NCBI GenBank assembly: GCA_012026655.1 | Contig: JAAILG010000053.1 | Coordinates: 1-64,000 of the forward strand | Direction of reading: 5' to 3' | DNA from: Hydrolagus affinis | Taxonomy: Eukaryota | DNA length: 64,000 bases | Shown: positions 14,158 through 28,477 of the stretch, piece after piece | Layout: each line of letters begins with the position of its first letter | Position numbering within the stretch: the first letter of the stretch is position 1 | The notes under the pieces: generated by a model | What the model was told of the DNA's origin: nothing | Databases searched by the model: none | Seen by the model: only the letters and a program-made list of their open reading frames with translations | Program-made: the position numbers and the translations under genes

Positions 14158-14762
14158 GTACAAATTACATGCAATATTTTTAAAAACCATTTTAAATAAC
14201 CTTGTTAAAATTGATTCCTACATATGGTTTTGTGCACTTTTTAAAAAAAGAAAATCCAACCACACACGTTTTTATTGGCACCAAAAGAAATACATTTGGG
14301 AGCTTGAGGAAATGGATCACACATGAAAATAATGTTCAAAAGAAAGTGTTCCCAGTGATTCCAAACTTCAAACCATAAGGCCTATGTTTCCAAATCTTTG
14401 CTCCAGCTTTCTTGTTGTGGGCTTGTTTTGTGAGGAAGAGAAGACAGTTTGTCATCCTAAGTTGACGAAACGGAGCCTCATTTATTAAAGTGTTCGTTTG
14501 CTGTCGAGGTAATCGTAGGCATAGGGTTCATCCTTTGTACCACCAAGTAAACATGACAAATGGGGAGCCTTTGGCATGATTAAAGATGAAACGAGAATTG
14601 ATCTTTACCAGCCTCTTTTGAAAACTACTATCTACAATTGTACCTTCAATAGGGGTAAAATCTGGATATTTACAGTTTAGACGTTGCCCCTTATAAATAA
14701 ACAGTGTTTCAGTTAAAAACCTATTTTTGTTTGCGTATATGAATTTCTTCCCAAGTTGGCAG

Positions 14763-15085
14763 CTATAAACTGGCTGTTGGTCCATTGGCCTCATGATTCT
14801 GAGTGGTTCCTTGTAAGTGATTATTTCCAGAAGAAGTCGATGAGCCTGTTGTAGACCTGATTTTGGTATTTGGCAACTTGTGATCTTTTTTCCATTTCAT
14901 TCGCCTGTTCTGGAACCATATTTTAATCTGTCGTTCGGACAGGCAAAGAGTATGAGCTATTTCCACCCTTCGCCTCCGGGTTAGGTACCGATTAAAATGA
15001 AACTCCTTTTCCAGCTCCAGAACTTGCTGCCTGGTGTAAGCAGTGCGGGAGCGTTTGATTTCCCCTCCTTTGCAATTAGGATTCA
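14763..15085 (-). CDS. hoxb4: Hoxb4 exon 2 (homeodomain)
   Basis: [35 protein letters not shown]...[12 protein letters not shown] is the PG4 signature, and RVEIAH is HoxB4-type. Acceptor ttcag, phase 1. Spliced protein is 242 aa. Confidence 0.97.
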
Positions 15086-15322
15086 CTGAACAGAAAGCAA
15101 CAACATAGAAAGAAATAACTGACTGAACAACATTAACCGCACAAGGACTAACAGTCTCGCATGTAAACATTAGCATTAGATCAAAAATTTAAGAGAAACG
15201 CAAAAAAAAGTTCACATCCACACTATTATTAAAGACAAAAAAAAGTAAGTGTTCAAAGAAAGCGATCTGTGCTGCTCGGATACAACACATCAAAGGCGCA
15301 TGGCCAGAAGTGTCTTCGTACA

Positions 15323-15351
15323 GCAATAAAAATTTATGGAGGATGTAATTA
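15323..15351. promoter_or_regulatory. HB1 intronic homeodomain-binding element of Hox4 genes
   Basis: GCAATAAAAATTTATGGAGGATGTAATTA in the Hoxb4 intron, the typical HB1 arrangement of TTTATT/TTTATGG/TAATTA. Confidence 0.8.
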
Positions 15352-15458
15352 CTAACCCCCAGATAGGCGATTGTAAATCTAAAGCATGACTATTACAATG
15401 GGTGCTTGCAATAGATCCCAGGCTTCCAGGTGGTAAAAAGCCAAGGCACACTACTCAC

Positions 15459-15864
15459 CGATGTTTATATGTACTTTCTTCATCCATGGATAAACCACGG
15501 GCTCTTTGGAGCAAGAAGTGTTTCGGTTGCTGGTGACCTGACTGCAAGAGGGCGGTGGGCTTGGAGTCACCGGTTCACAGTGGTGCCCACGTTTGGCTAA
15601 GTGGTTCTGCGGGCCGGTGTCCGATTGTCCGTGACCCCTGGGCGCCACGATTTGCTCGCCAGAGCCCTGGATGTTGCTGCAGGAGGAATAGCGTTGGTCG
15701 CTGAACGCTGGCCGTGGGTACATCGGCTCATGCTGAAACCCCGGCTCTCGAGCACGGCTATAGTATTCCGGAGAATGGCTTGGCAGGTAATCGCTCTGCA
15801 AATACTCTTCACAAGGTGGAAATTTAGGGTCCACATAGTTAGAGTTAATCAAAAACGAACTCAT
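15459..15864 (-). CDS. hoxb4: Hoxb4 exon 1
   Basis: MSSFLINSNYVDPKFPPCEEY...KEPVVYPWMKKVH. ATG at 15864; donor G|gtgagt. Confidence 0.97.
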
Positions 15865-15959
15865 GACCTTTAATATCTGAAATGCAAAATAACTCAAAAA
15901 TGTTTTCCACCCAGTCGTTTTTTTCCTGTTTCATAAACCCTCCTACTTACTGTCAAGTG

Positions 15960-16000
15960 AACAAAGATGGCCGTTCATGTGACTCGGGTAGCCAATGGCT
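15960..16000 (-). promoter_or_regulatory. Hoxb4 proximal promoter/5' UTR motifs (YY1-like, E-box, CCAAT)
   Basis: AAGATGGC 15964-15971, CATGTG 15976-15981, CCAAT 15992-15996. Confidence 0.6.
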
Positions 16001-17317
16001 GCTCCCGTTCGATTCCCGGATAAGGAAATAGAATTGGGTGCTGGATATTCCGAACATCTCCCTGAAGCATTTTTTTTATTGCAAATATTAATGCTTTTTT
16101 TTTAGCCCAGAACTCAGCAAACCACACAAGTTTTTACACAGGTTTTGCTCAACCCCCTGCCAAAGAAGTTGAATTTGGGGTCATAATGCAATGAGATTGT
16201 ATAAGTATTTTCCTGTTTGTTAGTTCTCCGTTCAAATATATTTTCCTGTTTTTGTGAGTCGAAAATCTGTTTTTTTTAAAAAAAAGAACATGGTACGTGA
16301 AATAATCTGATATGTTAGAAATTGCCGCAGTGTGATTCGTTTATTTTCATGTCAGTGTAAATGCTCTGTGCGGGGCCGGAGGGGGCTGGCGCACGCACGG
16401 CTTGCCTGGCAAAGACGAATTGGGCTTCTTTGGATCAATAGAAAATTCATCAACTAATTCAGGGCGCCCAAGTCAACAAAATTACATTTCGCAGTGCATT
16501 AGATGGACGATTTTCAACCAGGACAACTCTTCTTTAAACTAGTCTGCTCGCACCATTTAAACCCCCCGCACACTTGTATAAGATGGAATCATTTCCCAGG
16601 TGACAATCACATACAAGTCTAAACGAAGTTATGGATGTTCGATTAAGTAGATCACCATAAAGTGTGCGCAGAATGTGAATAGACTCCGATCATGTCCTAT
16701 ATTTAATCGGTTTTGTTGGTCGCAATTATACAGGGATCAATATACCCAAATAATGCTAGACTATCCTTTGGAATCGCCTCGTCGTGGTTATCAGAGATGA
16801 ATTTAGAAAGTGTCACAGATGATGTTTGCTAGTTTAATTTCAAATGTTAAATAAAAACCTGAGAGAAGTTAAAAGAGATTTTAAAAAAAGGATTTCTAGA
16901 TACGTTTATTGCAATTGTAAGATTTCAATACAATTCCGTGTATTCAGGGAACGACGTAGATATTTACGTGGAGCTGATACGATCAGCTTTGAAATGATTA
17001 ATTTATAAAACATGCAAAACCTTCAGATCTGACCTTTTTGAAACGGAGGAATGCGCGGGAATATCGAAAAAGGTAAATTAGAGTCCATATTCAAGTGACG
17101 TAGTTAATGTAACACTAGGGAGGTTTAACAGTTATTATAATAAAGTAACAGAGGAATGAGGATAGCACACCGTCACTGCGCATAATTTCACTCGACAGAG
17201 ACAGGTACCTGCATGCAGACGCTGCTTTTCTTTAAAATATTAACGATTTGTAGAATAAAAACTAGATCTAAATGTTGTACGTTCTTCCGTTCTTCTGAAG
17301 GAATGTTGTAGCGTTTG

Positions 17318-17405
17318 TGTCGACTACATACTCCCCTAGATACGAATTTGCGACCACAATTTTGTCAACACAAATTCGGATCTACAGGGTATATATAGAG
17401 GACAG
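17318..17405 (-). ncRNA. mir10a: pre-miR-10 (miR-10a type); 5p 17369-17391, 3p 17329-17350
   Basis: 5p UACCCUGUAGAUCCGAAUUUGUG is an exact miR-10a match; 3p is CAAAUUCGUAUCUAGGGGAGUA. Canonical position upstream of Hox4. Confidence 0.98.
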
Positions 17406-19459
17406 GCAAGTCATAGTTTCAGCAGTTTTGTACTTCTGATATGATCTAGATTCACTCCCAGTACATTATTTTCATGGCAGAAATTTATAGAGAGACAATT
17501 TGGAAGGAGTTCCTTCCTGTATTTTATTAAGTGGAACACAATCCAATTAATTTTCACATCGAAATGTAAATGATACAGGTTGGTTAAGGTTTTAAAAAAA
17601 GACAATTCTGGTGCAAATATTTAGGAAGACTTAAGGAAACTCAGCGCAGAGATTAATTCAGCAAAGTTCCAATAATGGCGATAACACGTTTAAAGCGGAA
17701 TGAGATGTGTGATGATCTGTAAAAGTTTGTTTGCGACTGAGACCAGGACAAAACAAAGTTGTTTTTGAATTTATTCAAGCCTCCTGCACAGGAGCACTGG
17801 AAAAGGTTCGACATAAGAAGTCTTTGGCCGTATAACTCTTGACAGTACATAAGAAAAAACATGTTCCCTTCTCTGGTATTCTTTTCTAAAACAGTGTAAC
17901 TATGGTTTACTGGGCTAATTTATAGTTCTTTGGCTTTGCGCCAATGGGAGTAGGAATCGCCTCAATTCTTTTTTTTAAAAAAGGAAATACATTTGATCCA
18001 TGGAATCGCCCTGGTAACTTCTTCACAACATTTTGGAAACTTTGCCAGTTTCAAATCATTTACGGCTGAGAAGCATAATTGCCAACTGGCTTGAACACGG
18101 TATTTTTATGGTGGGAGGATGCTGTTTACAACATGCGAAGTGGATCAAAGGACTCGAGCGGCAATAAATGTGAAAATACTGTAGTGTAGAAACATCAATC
18201 AGAGAGATTCTTTAAATCTTTGGCGAACCTAAATAGATTTTTGTTAAAAAGAAACTACTGTACGTACAATTCCATAGTAACCGTGTTTCGTGGCCTTAAT
18301 TTTGTGAAGTAAAATAACAATTTAATACCTAAAGTTAAGAGTTTTATTGAAAGTCTATGACTTTTTCCACAATAAAATGGTACTTTGGAAGGAATCGCAA
18401 GATATTCTCAAAACACACACATTCTTTCTTTTGTGGGTAAAAAATCCCGGTGATATGTTTTTCTTAGTGTAATAAAAATGTCGACATTTCGGAAGTTTGG
18501 AAGATAAATACATTTACTGTCGACTATCTGCTGTGCATTTCAAAGGCATCTCGCTGCAGATTGCTATCCTAACCGAGGATGCAAACTGCAGCAGGTTGGA
18601 AGTGGGGGTGGGGGGGGGTGTAGGGGTGGGGTACTGTCTTGCATCCTCCTGTTTATAGCCCTCGTAAAAAAGGGGTGAGATACAGGCCTCAGTGACACTG
18701 TAAAAGGGAGTTTCCTGAAAGTCCAGCAATGCAGCTAATTTTTCTACCAAAAGAAGCACATTACTATAAACATACATAATGACAAAAGAACTGGTATAAA
18801 TAGTAAAATGAAACTGTAAATAAATAAAAATTAAATAAGCAAGGAAGCACAGGGTAAATTAAACGATTTGTGATTTCAAAACCGGACCACAAATTGGTTC
18901 GAAACTAGTTCATCCTCAGGATTTGTCTCATACGGTTAAATCTGATTCGCTCACAAACACGAATCCCTCTCCCACCCCTCTCTCGCTCTGATCAATGTTC
19001 TCGGGTTAGTTCAAGGCTAAATGTGTCACAAAGTTGGTCTTACGGGATTCTTTAGTTTCCCGATTGCATTAAATCATATACATACCCTCACGAAAAACTC
19101 CTTTTCCCCCTTCCTCTACCAATCTCATTCTCATAAACCAAGCCAGCCACGATGCATTTTTTGGTTGCTCAAAAATGAAAATCGAACAGAAAATAACAGC
19201 TTGAACATAAGCAAATTCGTTCTCCTTTGTCTGTTTTTTTGCTCTGATAACATCTACTTAGAGTCAAGCTTTCCAGCAGCAGGCTATTTTTTTTCCATAG
19301 GAAATGCATTGCAGCATTTAAGAAGTGGCCGAGGGTCGGCCCTATGAACATTCTGTTTTTCTCTCCCAGTTTTAGTATTAATCTAATACATTGACAGTCT
19401 TTGTTGAACACCCAGGCGTGTCATGCGTCCGAGTACATTTTAATATTTGTTAGACGCTG

Positions 19460-19476
19460 TGACCTGTGTTTCACCT
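19460..19476 (-). promoter_or_regulatory. DR5 RARE upstream of miR-10/Hoxb4 (B4U-type)
   Basis: Minus strand AGGTGA aacac AGGTCA, the same form and position as 5' Hox4 RAREs. Confidence 0.85.
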
Positions 19477-19566
19477 CGCTCTTGGACTCTCCCCTTCTAC
19501 AAGTTCTATAGGGTGGATGGGTCTCTCAGTCATATTGAATTCTGCTCAGGTCATTACGTTCGAGAA

Positions 19567-19666
19567 NNNNNNNNNNNNNNNNNNNNNNNNNNNNNNNNNN
19601 NNNNNNNNNNNNNNNNNNNNNNNNNNNNNNNNNNNNNNNNNNNNNNNNNNNNNNNNNNNNNNNNNN
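19567..19666. other. Assembly gap (100 N, true size unknown)
   Basis: Seen directly. Confidence 1.
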
Positions 19667-22600
19667 CACCCCCCTCCCTCTCACATGCTTTACCAAAAAT
19701 AAATCTTTGGTGAACGTTCTGTATTTCATAGCATTTTATTCTGTAGAATTAATGAAAACGAACAATGTTAACACAGAACATCGCTCCAATAAGTACTCCC
19801 AGCAAGATATGTCTAATTTAATTTTTACATCCAAAAAATTGTCTGTGTTTAATGCACCAGATCATTTTATTATTAAAACTAAAGAGTGTGCACTGCACTC
19901 TAAGCACCCCCACAACCCCCTCCCCCACCCCGCCCCCCACCACCCCCATGCATACACACGCACACTTGCAGAAGTTTTCAGTAAATTATTCTATGGGCCT
20001 TTGTACTGGAGATCCTCACTTTGTGTTTGATTTTACGTTTCTGCTGCCCCGTGTGATACGACAACTTCATATTAGAAGCAAATCTGAACGGATTTGTAAA
20101 TGGCATGGTGGTGTATCATAAAAATAAGCAAATGAAATAAGTCTTTCTGACTTGACATGCTATGAAGTGCACTCACAGGCGACGAATTGTGTGAGTTTAA
20201 GTGAATGGTTCTGTTCAAAGAAACGATTGAGGAAGGAAAGGTGTTTATCTCCACCCGTGGAATCCATTTTTGTTAACTAAAGAGATGTAATTTATTGTCA
20301 AATCAATATGTTTTGTGCCAATTAAAGTGACTCTTCCAGAGTCAGCCAGAGATACATATTCTTCACTGTTGCTTATTGTTGGTTATTTTCCCCTCCCCAA
20401 GTCACTTCCTAAAAGTTACCATTAAAATAACGACCAATTGAAATTGCTGAAGTCTCAGAAAAGTCTTCATATCAAATAAGATTGGAAATGAAACCTTTAT
20501 TTCTAAAAAAAAGGAAACTGAATTTACATGATTAATATTACAGAATTTATCTTTCAGTTGGGTGTATTGCATTTAAACAGGCTTTTTAAAAAATAAAATA
20601 CAGATATGAATCAAAACTCTGAAATGATGGGAAATATATCGCCCCTCAGATCTTTTACCAGAAGGCACATGTAAACCTAAAGCACCCATAATGCTTACAC
20701 AACATATGATTATGGTTACTGAGCAATGCAATTTAAATCAATTAGTTTTCTAGTTATTCAGTAATTGAAAGGGAAGATTATGCCTAGCTGCTGTGTTTGT
20801 AAAGGAAAATGTATTGATTTCATGCTTATTTTATTTGAAGCTGCACTTCCTCTCAATATCACAAATATACAGAATAAAATAAGCTTTTCTTCTAGATATC
20901 CTTTGTCTAAACACTTTGAATTGAATTACTTTTTGAAGTTTGCTGCTCTACAATGTCCCATTCAAACAGACACGTTTAAGAACCTCCATCTATGTACCAA
21001 GCAGTTTTAAAGCAGAACGTTCGAATGCAAACATACTGATAACAGAATGTGATTCTTCCTCTCCCAATAGATATTAAATATTGGCTCTGTTTTAGTGATC
21101 TGAATATCGAATGCTGTGTAATTCTTTTCTTTTGGGGGAAGAGAATGACAATTTACCATTAACACCTGGATTCAGATAATTAGCACAATTATATTAGCCT
21201 AACACTTAAAGGCAGAATGTCAAGTGTTTCATTTAGAGGCCTACCGAAGATGTAAATTCAGCCTCACACTTTTTTTTATCATAATTGGATCGAAAGTCCC
21301 TTAACTTTATTGCTTTTGACATCTAATGAAGAAACATACTCAAGGGATTTAAAGGTGGGTGTTCGGAGTAAAAATTTCACAGCAACGTGTGGCTTTATGT
21401 ACTGTGCCAAGATTTGGATTAATAATTAGTTGAATCATTATAAGCATCTCTTTCTAATCTCTTTTTGAGTATAGGACCGTCTTCCTGTTTTAAATGTCGA
21501 TACTATATGCGCATGACTCCTTTTATTCTCTCCCCCTCCCCCACCTCATGTCAAATATTTAAAGATTAATTTCTCTCAAATGCATTTTCCACCATAAAAG
21601 GTGCAGGACACACTACTGTTCGATTCATATTGTAGTCGTATATCGATGGATATTTACCGGTTACCACGTATCTACAAGAAGACGATTTTAAATGAATCGT
21701 TCCCATTCCCACACACCTGAATCCTGAAATCTTTTCAAAATGAGAGCTGATTGCATCTGGTGAGGGATCGCTTGCCTCCTCCATATGTGTTTTCATAGTC
21801 TTTTATAACCTATACACAACCCCTTCCGTTGTGGGGCTGGTGATGTCTGTGTATTGTGCGCTGTGTTCTATGAAAGAGATCAATTAATCCTCCCTGTTTT
21901 TGCACAGATTGAGATCAGGATAACTGGGTGCTTTTTCTACTTCTATTTTCCCCCTCTCTCTCGTCTCCCTTATTTTACATATAATAAAGGTTGATCTTTA
22001 TCATTAAGGTCATCCTAGTCCTCTAAGTCTTACCTCGGTATCATTTTCTCATCTGTGCCGATAGCCAAAGTCATCCTTCTACCATTGGCATCGAGCTGAG
22101 TCTATCTATGCAGACACCAAGTCACGCACGACGTAAACTTTTGACCCTCAACTTTTTGACCCCACAGCTTTACCGGCTGTACTAACTAGTCCTCATGCAC
22201 AGATTCAACATCACAGTTCTCAGACAGTAATGCTGTACAGTTTTGTTTTCCCTCGAGGCTCGATTCTAACCCAGCTTTGCTTCACTGAATACACATTTTT
22301 AATTTTTTTTATCTGCAAATTCTCGAACGCCTTAAAAAGTTGGGTTTTAAGTCGTCAGGAATTTTTAATTTTTTTCCTTACATTGGGGATCGAGATTTGT
22401 TTGAGGGACTTTATTTCATTATCCGCCAAGAAAACAAAACACACGAAAGGGTGAGTTTTGAAGAGACAGTTGCCTAGATCACTTAGAAATTAATACCACC
22501 TTAGCTGGCTTTGGGAGTAATGAAACGGTCGCCTCGGACAATGTTTTGCAAGGCACAACTGCAATAGTGAGGACGGCGGGCGCTATTCATAAGAAAGGAG

Positions 22601-25600
22601 GTGTATAATGGCTATGAACTTGGTCTGAAGCGAGCTCTGCTGGTGGGTCTTAGACTTGCATGTTAAACAGCTCCCTCGGATCTCTGTTACGTTCTCACTG
22701 TATCGTGGGTTTATTTCAAATGTAACTACTACATGAGTAAAACGATTAAATATCATGAAGGATAATGGCAAAGCGCTGATAATTTGTCTTTATGTGGTTC
22801 CAATAACAAACGTTGGTACAATATTAGAAACCGAGTATATTTAACACATGGCGCTTTCCAATGGTTCGTGAAGAGATGTCGTCTTCGCCATATTATTCGG
22901 GTTTGTGTTTGTCAAGAGTTTTAAGATAATTTCAGTACCGTGAATATAATATGTGAAACATAATTTAAAGAAAAATGGCATAATATAAATCGGAAGTCAA
23001 TTTAAATATTACGAATAATACTACAAAAATCAATCCTGAATATTCGTCAAGGTTTGATGAATCCAACGAAAATGTGTTTCCATCCCTCTTTATTGTGCAA
23101 GGATCTCTGTGCTGATTCTCTACAGTGAAAATGTGAGACAATAAGCTATCTTTCGGGTTTATATATGCATTGTTCAATGGAACTTAAATCTGCTTCTTGT
23201 GAGGTACAGAGAAGCAAGCAACCTCCTTCTGAATCAACACAAATAATAATCAACTTGATGCCATTCATGTTTTATTTAAAATAATCTGGATTTGGGGCGG
23301 TAAATGGGGATGTATCGAAATTAATGGTGTTGAGTGATTTGAGACCCCCACCTTAACTTATATTATCTTTAGTTAGACTGTATATTTGCAGTCTGTTTTA
23401 GAACACAATATTATCTGAGATCTGTATGCTCTTTATCTGTAGTCCAGCAATTAGATACAACAATGTACCCAACACCTTTCTGAGCATGTGATGTGTTTGT
23501 GTTCAGCTTTTTCCTTTTCTCCTACATCCACACACATACTGAGTCCCTGGTTCATCTAATTGTCTAAAAAAGGGCACCACCAGATTATTTTTTTTAAATG
23601 AATAAACTCCCCTATGGACAAAGAAAAGATAGCACCTTTACGCTGCACAGTTAAAATTAGGGGAACCTATGTTTACGCTTATGGGGTACCTAGCACCAAA
23701 TACGTAGATTAGAAATATATGGCACCTCTTTGACTGCAGTCAAATTATTAATGTTACTGTTCACTATTGATCCCGGCTATAAGCGTTTATATTTACGTCT
23801 CTGTGCAGAAAGGAAGCGAGTGCCGATAATCTGAGATAGATCGGTGATGGGAGTGAATGTCTACTCGTGTTTCACAATTGATAATGAAATATTTACAATG
23901 GTTTCCCGTTATGTATTGATAATTGCAATCCGTATTCTTTGCAATAGACAACATTTGGACATATATATCATATACACGTGAAACATTATACATATAAATG
24001 CACATATAAACATTATTTTATACGTATACCTGTCATAATTAGGATATCTTACTTCTTTTGATATTCCTAAAAATTATAGGAATTATAGAATTATAGATTA
24101 TTTTTATCGTGCTTGTCTCTAATTTAATACTATTAATCAGGAGCCAAAATAATGTACTTGGTGAACCTTCTTCTGAGAACACAATGTTTGGCTGACCTGA
24201 AATTGACAAAAAAAATTATATAAAAAAAACTTTGCTTAATAGGAATTTTTTAAAACTTCTAAATTCCTAAAATGTCATTGAAAATCTACACCTCAAGTAT
24301 GTATTTGTAAATCATATTAAAAACAACATTGTATTGATCGGTGCCTTTTTTCCCCCCTCATTTTATACTCCAGAAAATCGAGGCACAGTCTCTCTACCAG
24401 CTGGATCAAACGGGAAATGAAGCACAAGATTTCACTCTTGTCCCCCCACCCCTCCACCCCCTCCTCCGCTATGCGTTTTCCTGTTTACTCTCTGGATCCA
24501 TCCCAGCTATCAGCACAGAAGGGCAATGAAAAGAAGACAGAAAGAATCCGAATTTCTGAAAATCTTGAACTTGTAACATTGGCTATCTGCAACCTTGCAC
24601 CGGAAACAGGAATATTAAACAATTGACAGCCCGCTTCAGGATGAACCGATGACCATGACACGGCAATGATTGTTGCGGGGTGAGACACTTGACATATACT
24701 GATGAAACATGTCAAGGTATAATTTTCTTCTTACCTATCTAAATTTATCTTTAGACTTGTTTAAGACTGCTCAATTGATATTACATTTGCTGCTTAAACG
24801 AACCCCCTAAACATGCAAACTCATTCTATTAAAGTGACAGGAAATCCCAGTACAGTAAGGATGGTATATTAATATTTTTCTGTTAATAGGACAGTCGTAA
24901 CAATATTCAAACACTGTAACCTGCACCGAGCACATTACAATTAATAAAATACTAACTACTGTATATCATTTGTTAGTCTTTGTTCTCATTTTTGGTAATG
25001 GTTACTGGTGGATCAAGAAACACCAGTTTGGTCCATGGAAAGATGAGGAAGTTGTATAACCCAAACAAATAATTTAAAATTATTTCACCTTAAGCTGTAT
25101 CTTCCTATTTTCCCCAGAAAAAACATTCGCCTGAAAATTTTTGCAACTTTTTATTTCTCAACTTTAAACATCCATATATGAAAATGATGGCAAATGCACA
25201 ACATAAACTCCCTTTACCTTAAAACCAAAGGAAATGTTAAAAGTAAAATTAAAGTCGTGACTTAAAATACAGAAAACAGTTGTAATGCGGTTATGAACTA
25301 AGCTTAGAATTCAAGAACAGATATATTAAAAAGTGTAAAATACAGTCCATCACTATTCATTGACTGTTTTTTTCAGTGATACATCAATATACATAATAAA
25401 GTATAAACAGTTTTCATTATAATAGTAAATTTGTGTGTATATTCTAAGTTAGCAAAACAGTTTATTCACGAGATGTGCGCCATTCAGCCCAAATCGTGCT
25501 AATCACTAATTTCAAACCAATGGGATTAAAGACTAAAGAAAAATAGAATAGTACTGAAGGCTATTTTAAATTTAGTTCCTGTTTTACCCATGATTAGTTT

Positions 25601-28477
25601 GAACACGGGTTTTTACGAAACATTTTATCACTAACCTTTCCCGAAAGATGGAATATTGTCCAATCTCTGACCAAGACATGAACCTATTATTGCTGTGGAG
25701 TTAAGTTTCGATAAAATACTGAAGATCATTTGTGGTAAATTTGCCTTTAAAAATATTATCTCCAGCACATGATGTATCGGGGGTTTGGATAAAGTTTCCA
25801 ATGTTGATAAACTAAGAACATTTTTGTAAAAATAAATGAGCGGGTGTCCTTGCCTGTACACCGCCTTGCTCAAAATATTAACTTATTTTTTAAATAATAT
25901 ATCCAATACGCATAATATTACAAGAATACACTTGGGGGCAGTTTTAGTTTTGTAATTCTTAATATCCCTACACAAGTATTATTCCAGAAAGGGAAGTCAT
26001 TGTTAGTATTTTGTTCGAAAATTAGAAAAGCTAACTAAAGTTAAAATGAACGCTTTGTGATCTCAATAAATGAACTACCAACTTTAAAACCAAATTAAAA
26101 CCATTCACTGCACTTATTCGAACATGTTCACCTTTGCCACAGTTAAATAGTTAAAGGTACTTCGGTTGGTTTTATGTTATACACCGTAACATGGTTAAAC
26201 ATGCGAAAGGAATAGAACGATCGCTCTTATGTTGCAAACGAAATCTGGATCAGGAAATAAGCTTTCAGAAAGGAATAAAATGAATGATTTGCAGAAATAA
26301 AACGTCTACTTCCACCAAATTCCACAAAGGCCAGGTTCCAATCACGATAGTGTATTAATACAAATATAAGATCTGCATTTATATAAATATGACATATGCT
26401 ACTCGCAAGTTCGATGTTACACCGAAATAAAACATTGGGAATATTTAATTATACACAGACAGAATAATCAATCATTATGAATGGGGGGCCTATTAATCCA
26501 ACCAACGGTTTCTTTACGTTTAGGTTTCATTTGCGTTTTTTAAAAGAAAATCTGAAGCATCGGCAATAGAATTAAAATTTAAACATTATTGTAAGTGCAT
26601 TACCCATTTTCAAATGTGAGAACCTCTGCTTAACCCAATAATCTTGTCAGTGTACACTATGCTTAGTATTTCAGCACAACTTACTTTCATGAGTATCACT
26701 CCATGTTTCAACTGTAACCAAGAGAGATTTGAGCCATACCTGGGTCTGGTAAAGGAGACCAGCTGGATCCTCTGGAAGCCTAGTCACATTATAGTCTCAC
26801 AATCTCCAAACCCAGCCAGATAAAGTTCAGCGTCACTAACATTATACTGAATGTGAAATATATTGTACCTTGTCAACTCCCCAAAACCATAAAACTAACT
26901 TTAACGACCCCACGTGACTTTTCAGAGCCAGTAGGGGTATCTGCTCGCGTTTCGGGCAATTTTTACGATCTAACTTTGAGATAAATTCACAATTCAGTTG
27001 ACATCCCAATGTCATACTGAGTTCTTGTATATGTAGTTTGTTATATTCACAAGGGAACACGCACATAGCAGGATAAAACTCATAATTGCTGTTTGAATTA
27101 TCAACTGCAGTACCTATAAGCAATGGACCTATTTGGTAAGTTGAGTTTAAACTAAACTAAGGTTTACCTGTTACACAAAAACAACGTAGTTGTTTAGACA
27201 CATTTTAAGTGACACGCCTCGTTACTGTACAATTCTCCGAAACCACCAACATAGAATCTTGAGATATCAGACAGTATATATCAAATATAGGCAACAACAA
27301 AAAGAACTGTACAAAGTTGATACGAGATACCTAAAGCAGGTAAAAGCAGAAGAGGGCGATTAAGGCATATTTCAGTCGGATTGACAGGCGTTCTGAGGCC
27401 ATATGCCAAATACAGTGAAACAGCTAAATGTAGTTAACCTTTTAAATTAATATACAAAGTCAACAGGTATAATTTAATGATGAAAGGTAAAATAACAATC
27501 GATGAGTATGTTTACTTTTTTCACAATGAAAAGCAACCAGGTAACGCAATTAAGCGGAATCCACATGATGTGTCGTTTAAATCATTTCTTTTAAGTTAAT
27601 ATTTGATGAAACACATAAAGTAGTTGAGTTAGTATAAACCAGGCAGGGTTTATTGTAAGTATCACCTATAATATTGTTTACGTACTAACGATACCTATTC
27701 CCTAGTCGCACCGGGATACATTGCACTTTTGAGTACAGTACAGTGATATTCTGCCCCTTTGCACAGTCATTAGATTATACAATAGAAGCCATGCATAGTT
27801 GTGAGAAACTTTTATTATACTTTGAATTAGGCTACAAACAAATACAAAAAAACTTATTGGCAACGTACTGTAAACAACCAGACATTACTGTTGCCGATTT
27901 CCACAGAAAATATGCCATCCATCACTCTGCCTACTGCAGACTAGCTATAGGCAACATCATAAACTTTTTCCCCCCATTATTTACAACCAATATAACTCAC
28001 TAATAATCGTGTACAATCATCGCTGATTTTGAATCTATCCACTTATAATTACACATGGTTACACTCTAAATGGAATTTAGGCTTATAGAGCTGCTTAAAA
28101 ACACCGATAGCTTTAGGATAGAAATGTACACGTTTTTTTTGCAAGGGTAGGGCAGGGACAAAAAAAAACTTATTGGTTAGATTAATCGGCGTGGGTTTAC
28201 GGGAGGTGGGGGAATCAAACTGTACACCTTGTGTCAATTATAAATAAGTTTTGCCATTTACAATCCACAAAACCATGCTACTTTTCAATAAAGCATCAAC
28301 GGCTCACTGACAGAAACAGATGTAGGACAGAGACAAGCATTTAACGGCGTCAGAACAACACAACATATCCATCCCCCCAAAAATAAACACAATATTTTGT
28401 TAGCAGTACCACAGAAAAGTTTTAAGTCGTCTTTAATATTTAACGACATGCGAGGGAAGGGGAGAAGTGGGGGATTG

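Noticed and set aside
15601-15873. Plus-strand ORF over Hoxb4 exon 1 (similar ORFs lie over b7, b8 and b9 exons)
   Set aside because: Antisense shadow ORFs of GC-richer coding exons.
15865-15897. ORF-track N-terminal extensions of Hoxb4, Hoxb5 (30138) and Hoxb9 (55583)
   Set aside because: They start at TTG or GTG; the conserved AUGs are downstream.
19447-19729. ORFs containing X runs
   Set aside because: Artefacts of the 100-N gap.
23560-24720. Possible decayed DNA transposon (repeated TTCCTAAAA/TAGGAA motifs)
   Set aside because: No TIRs, TSD or transposase similarity can be shown by eye; needs RepeatMasker.
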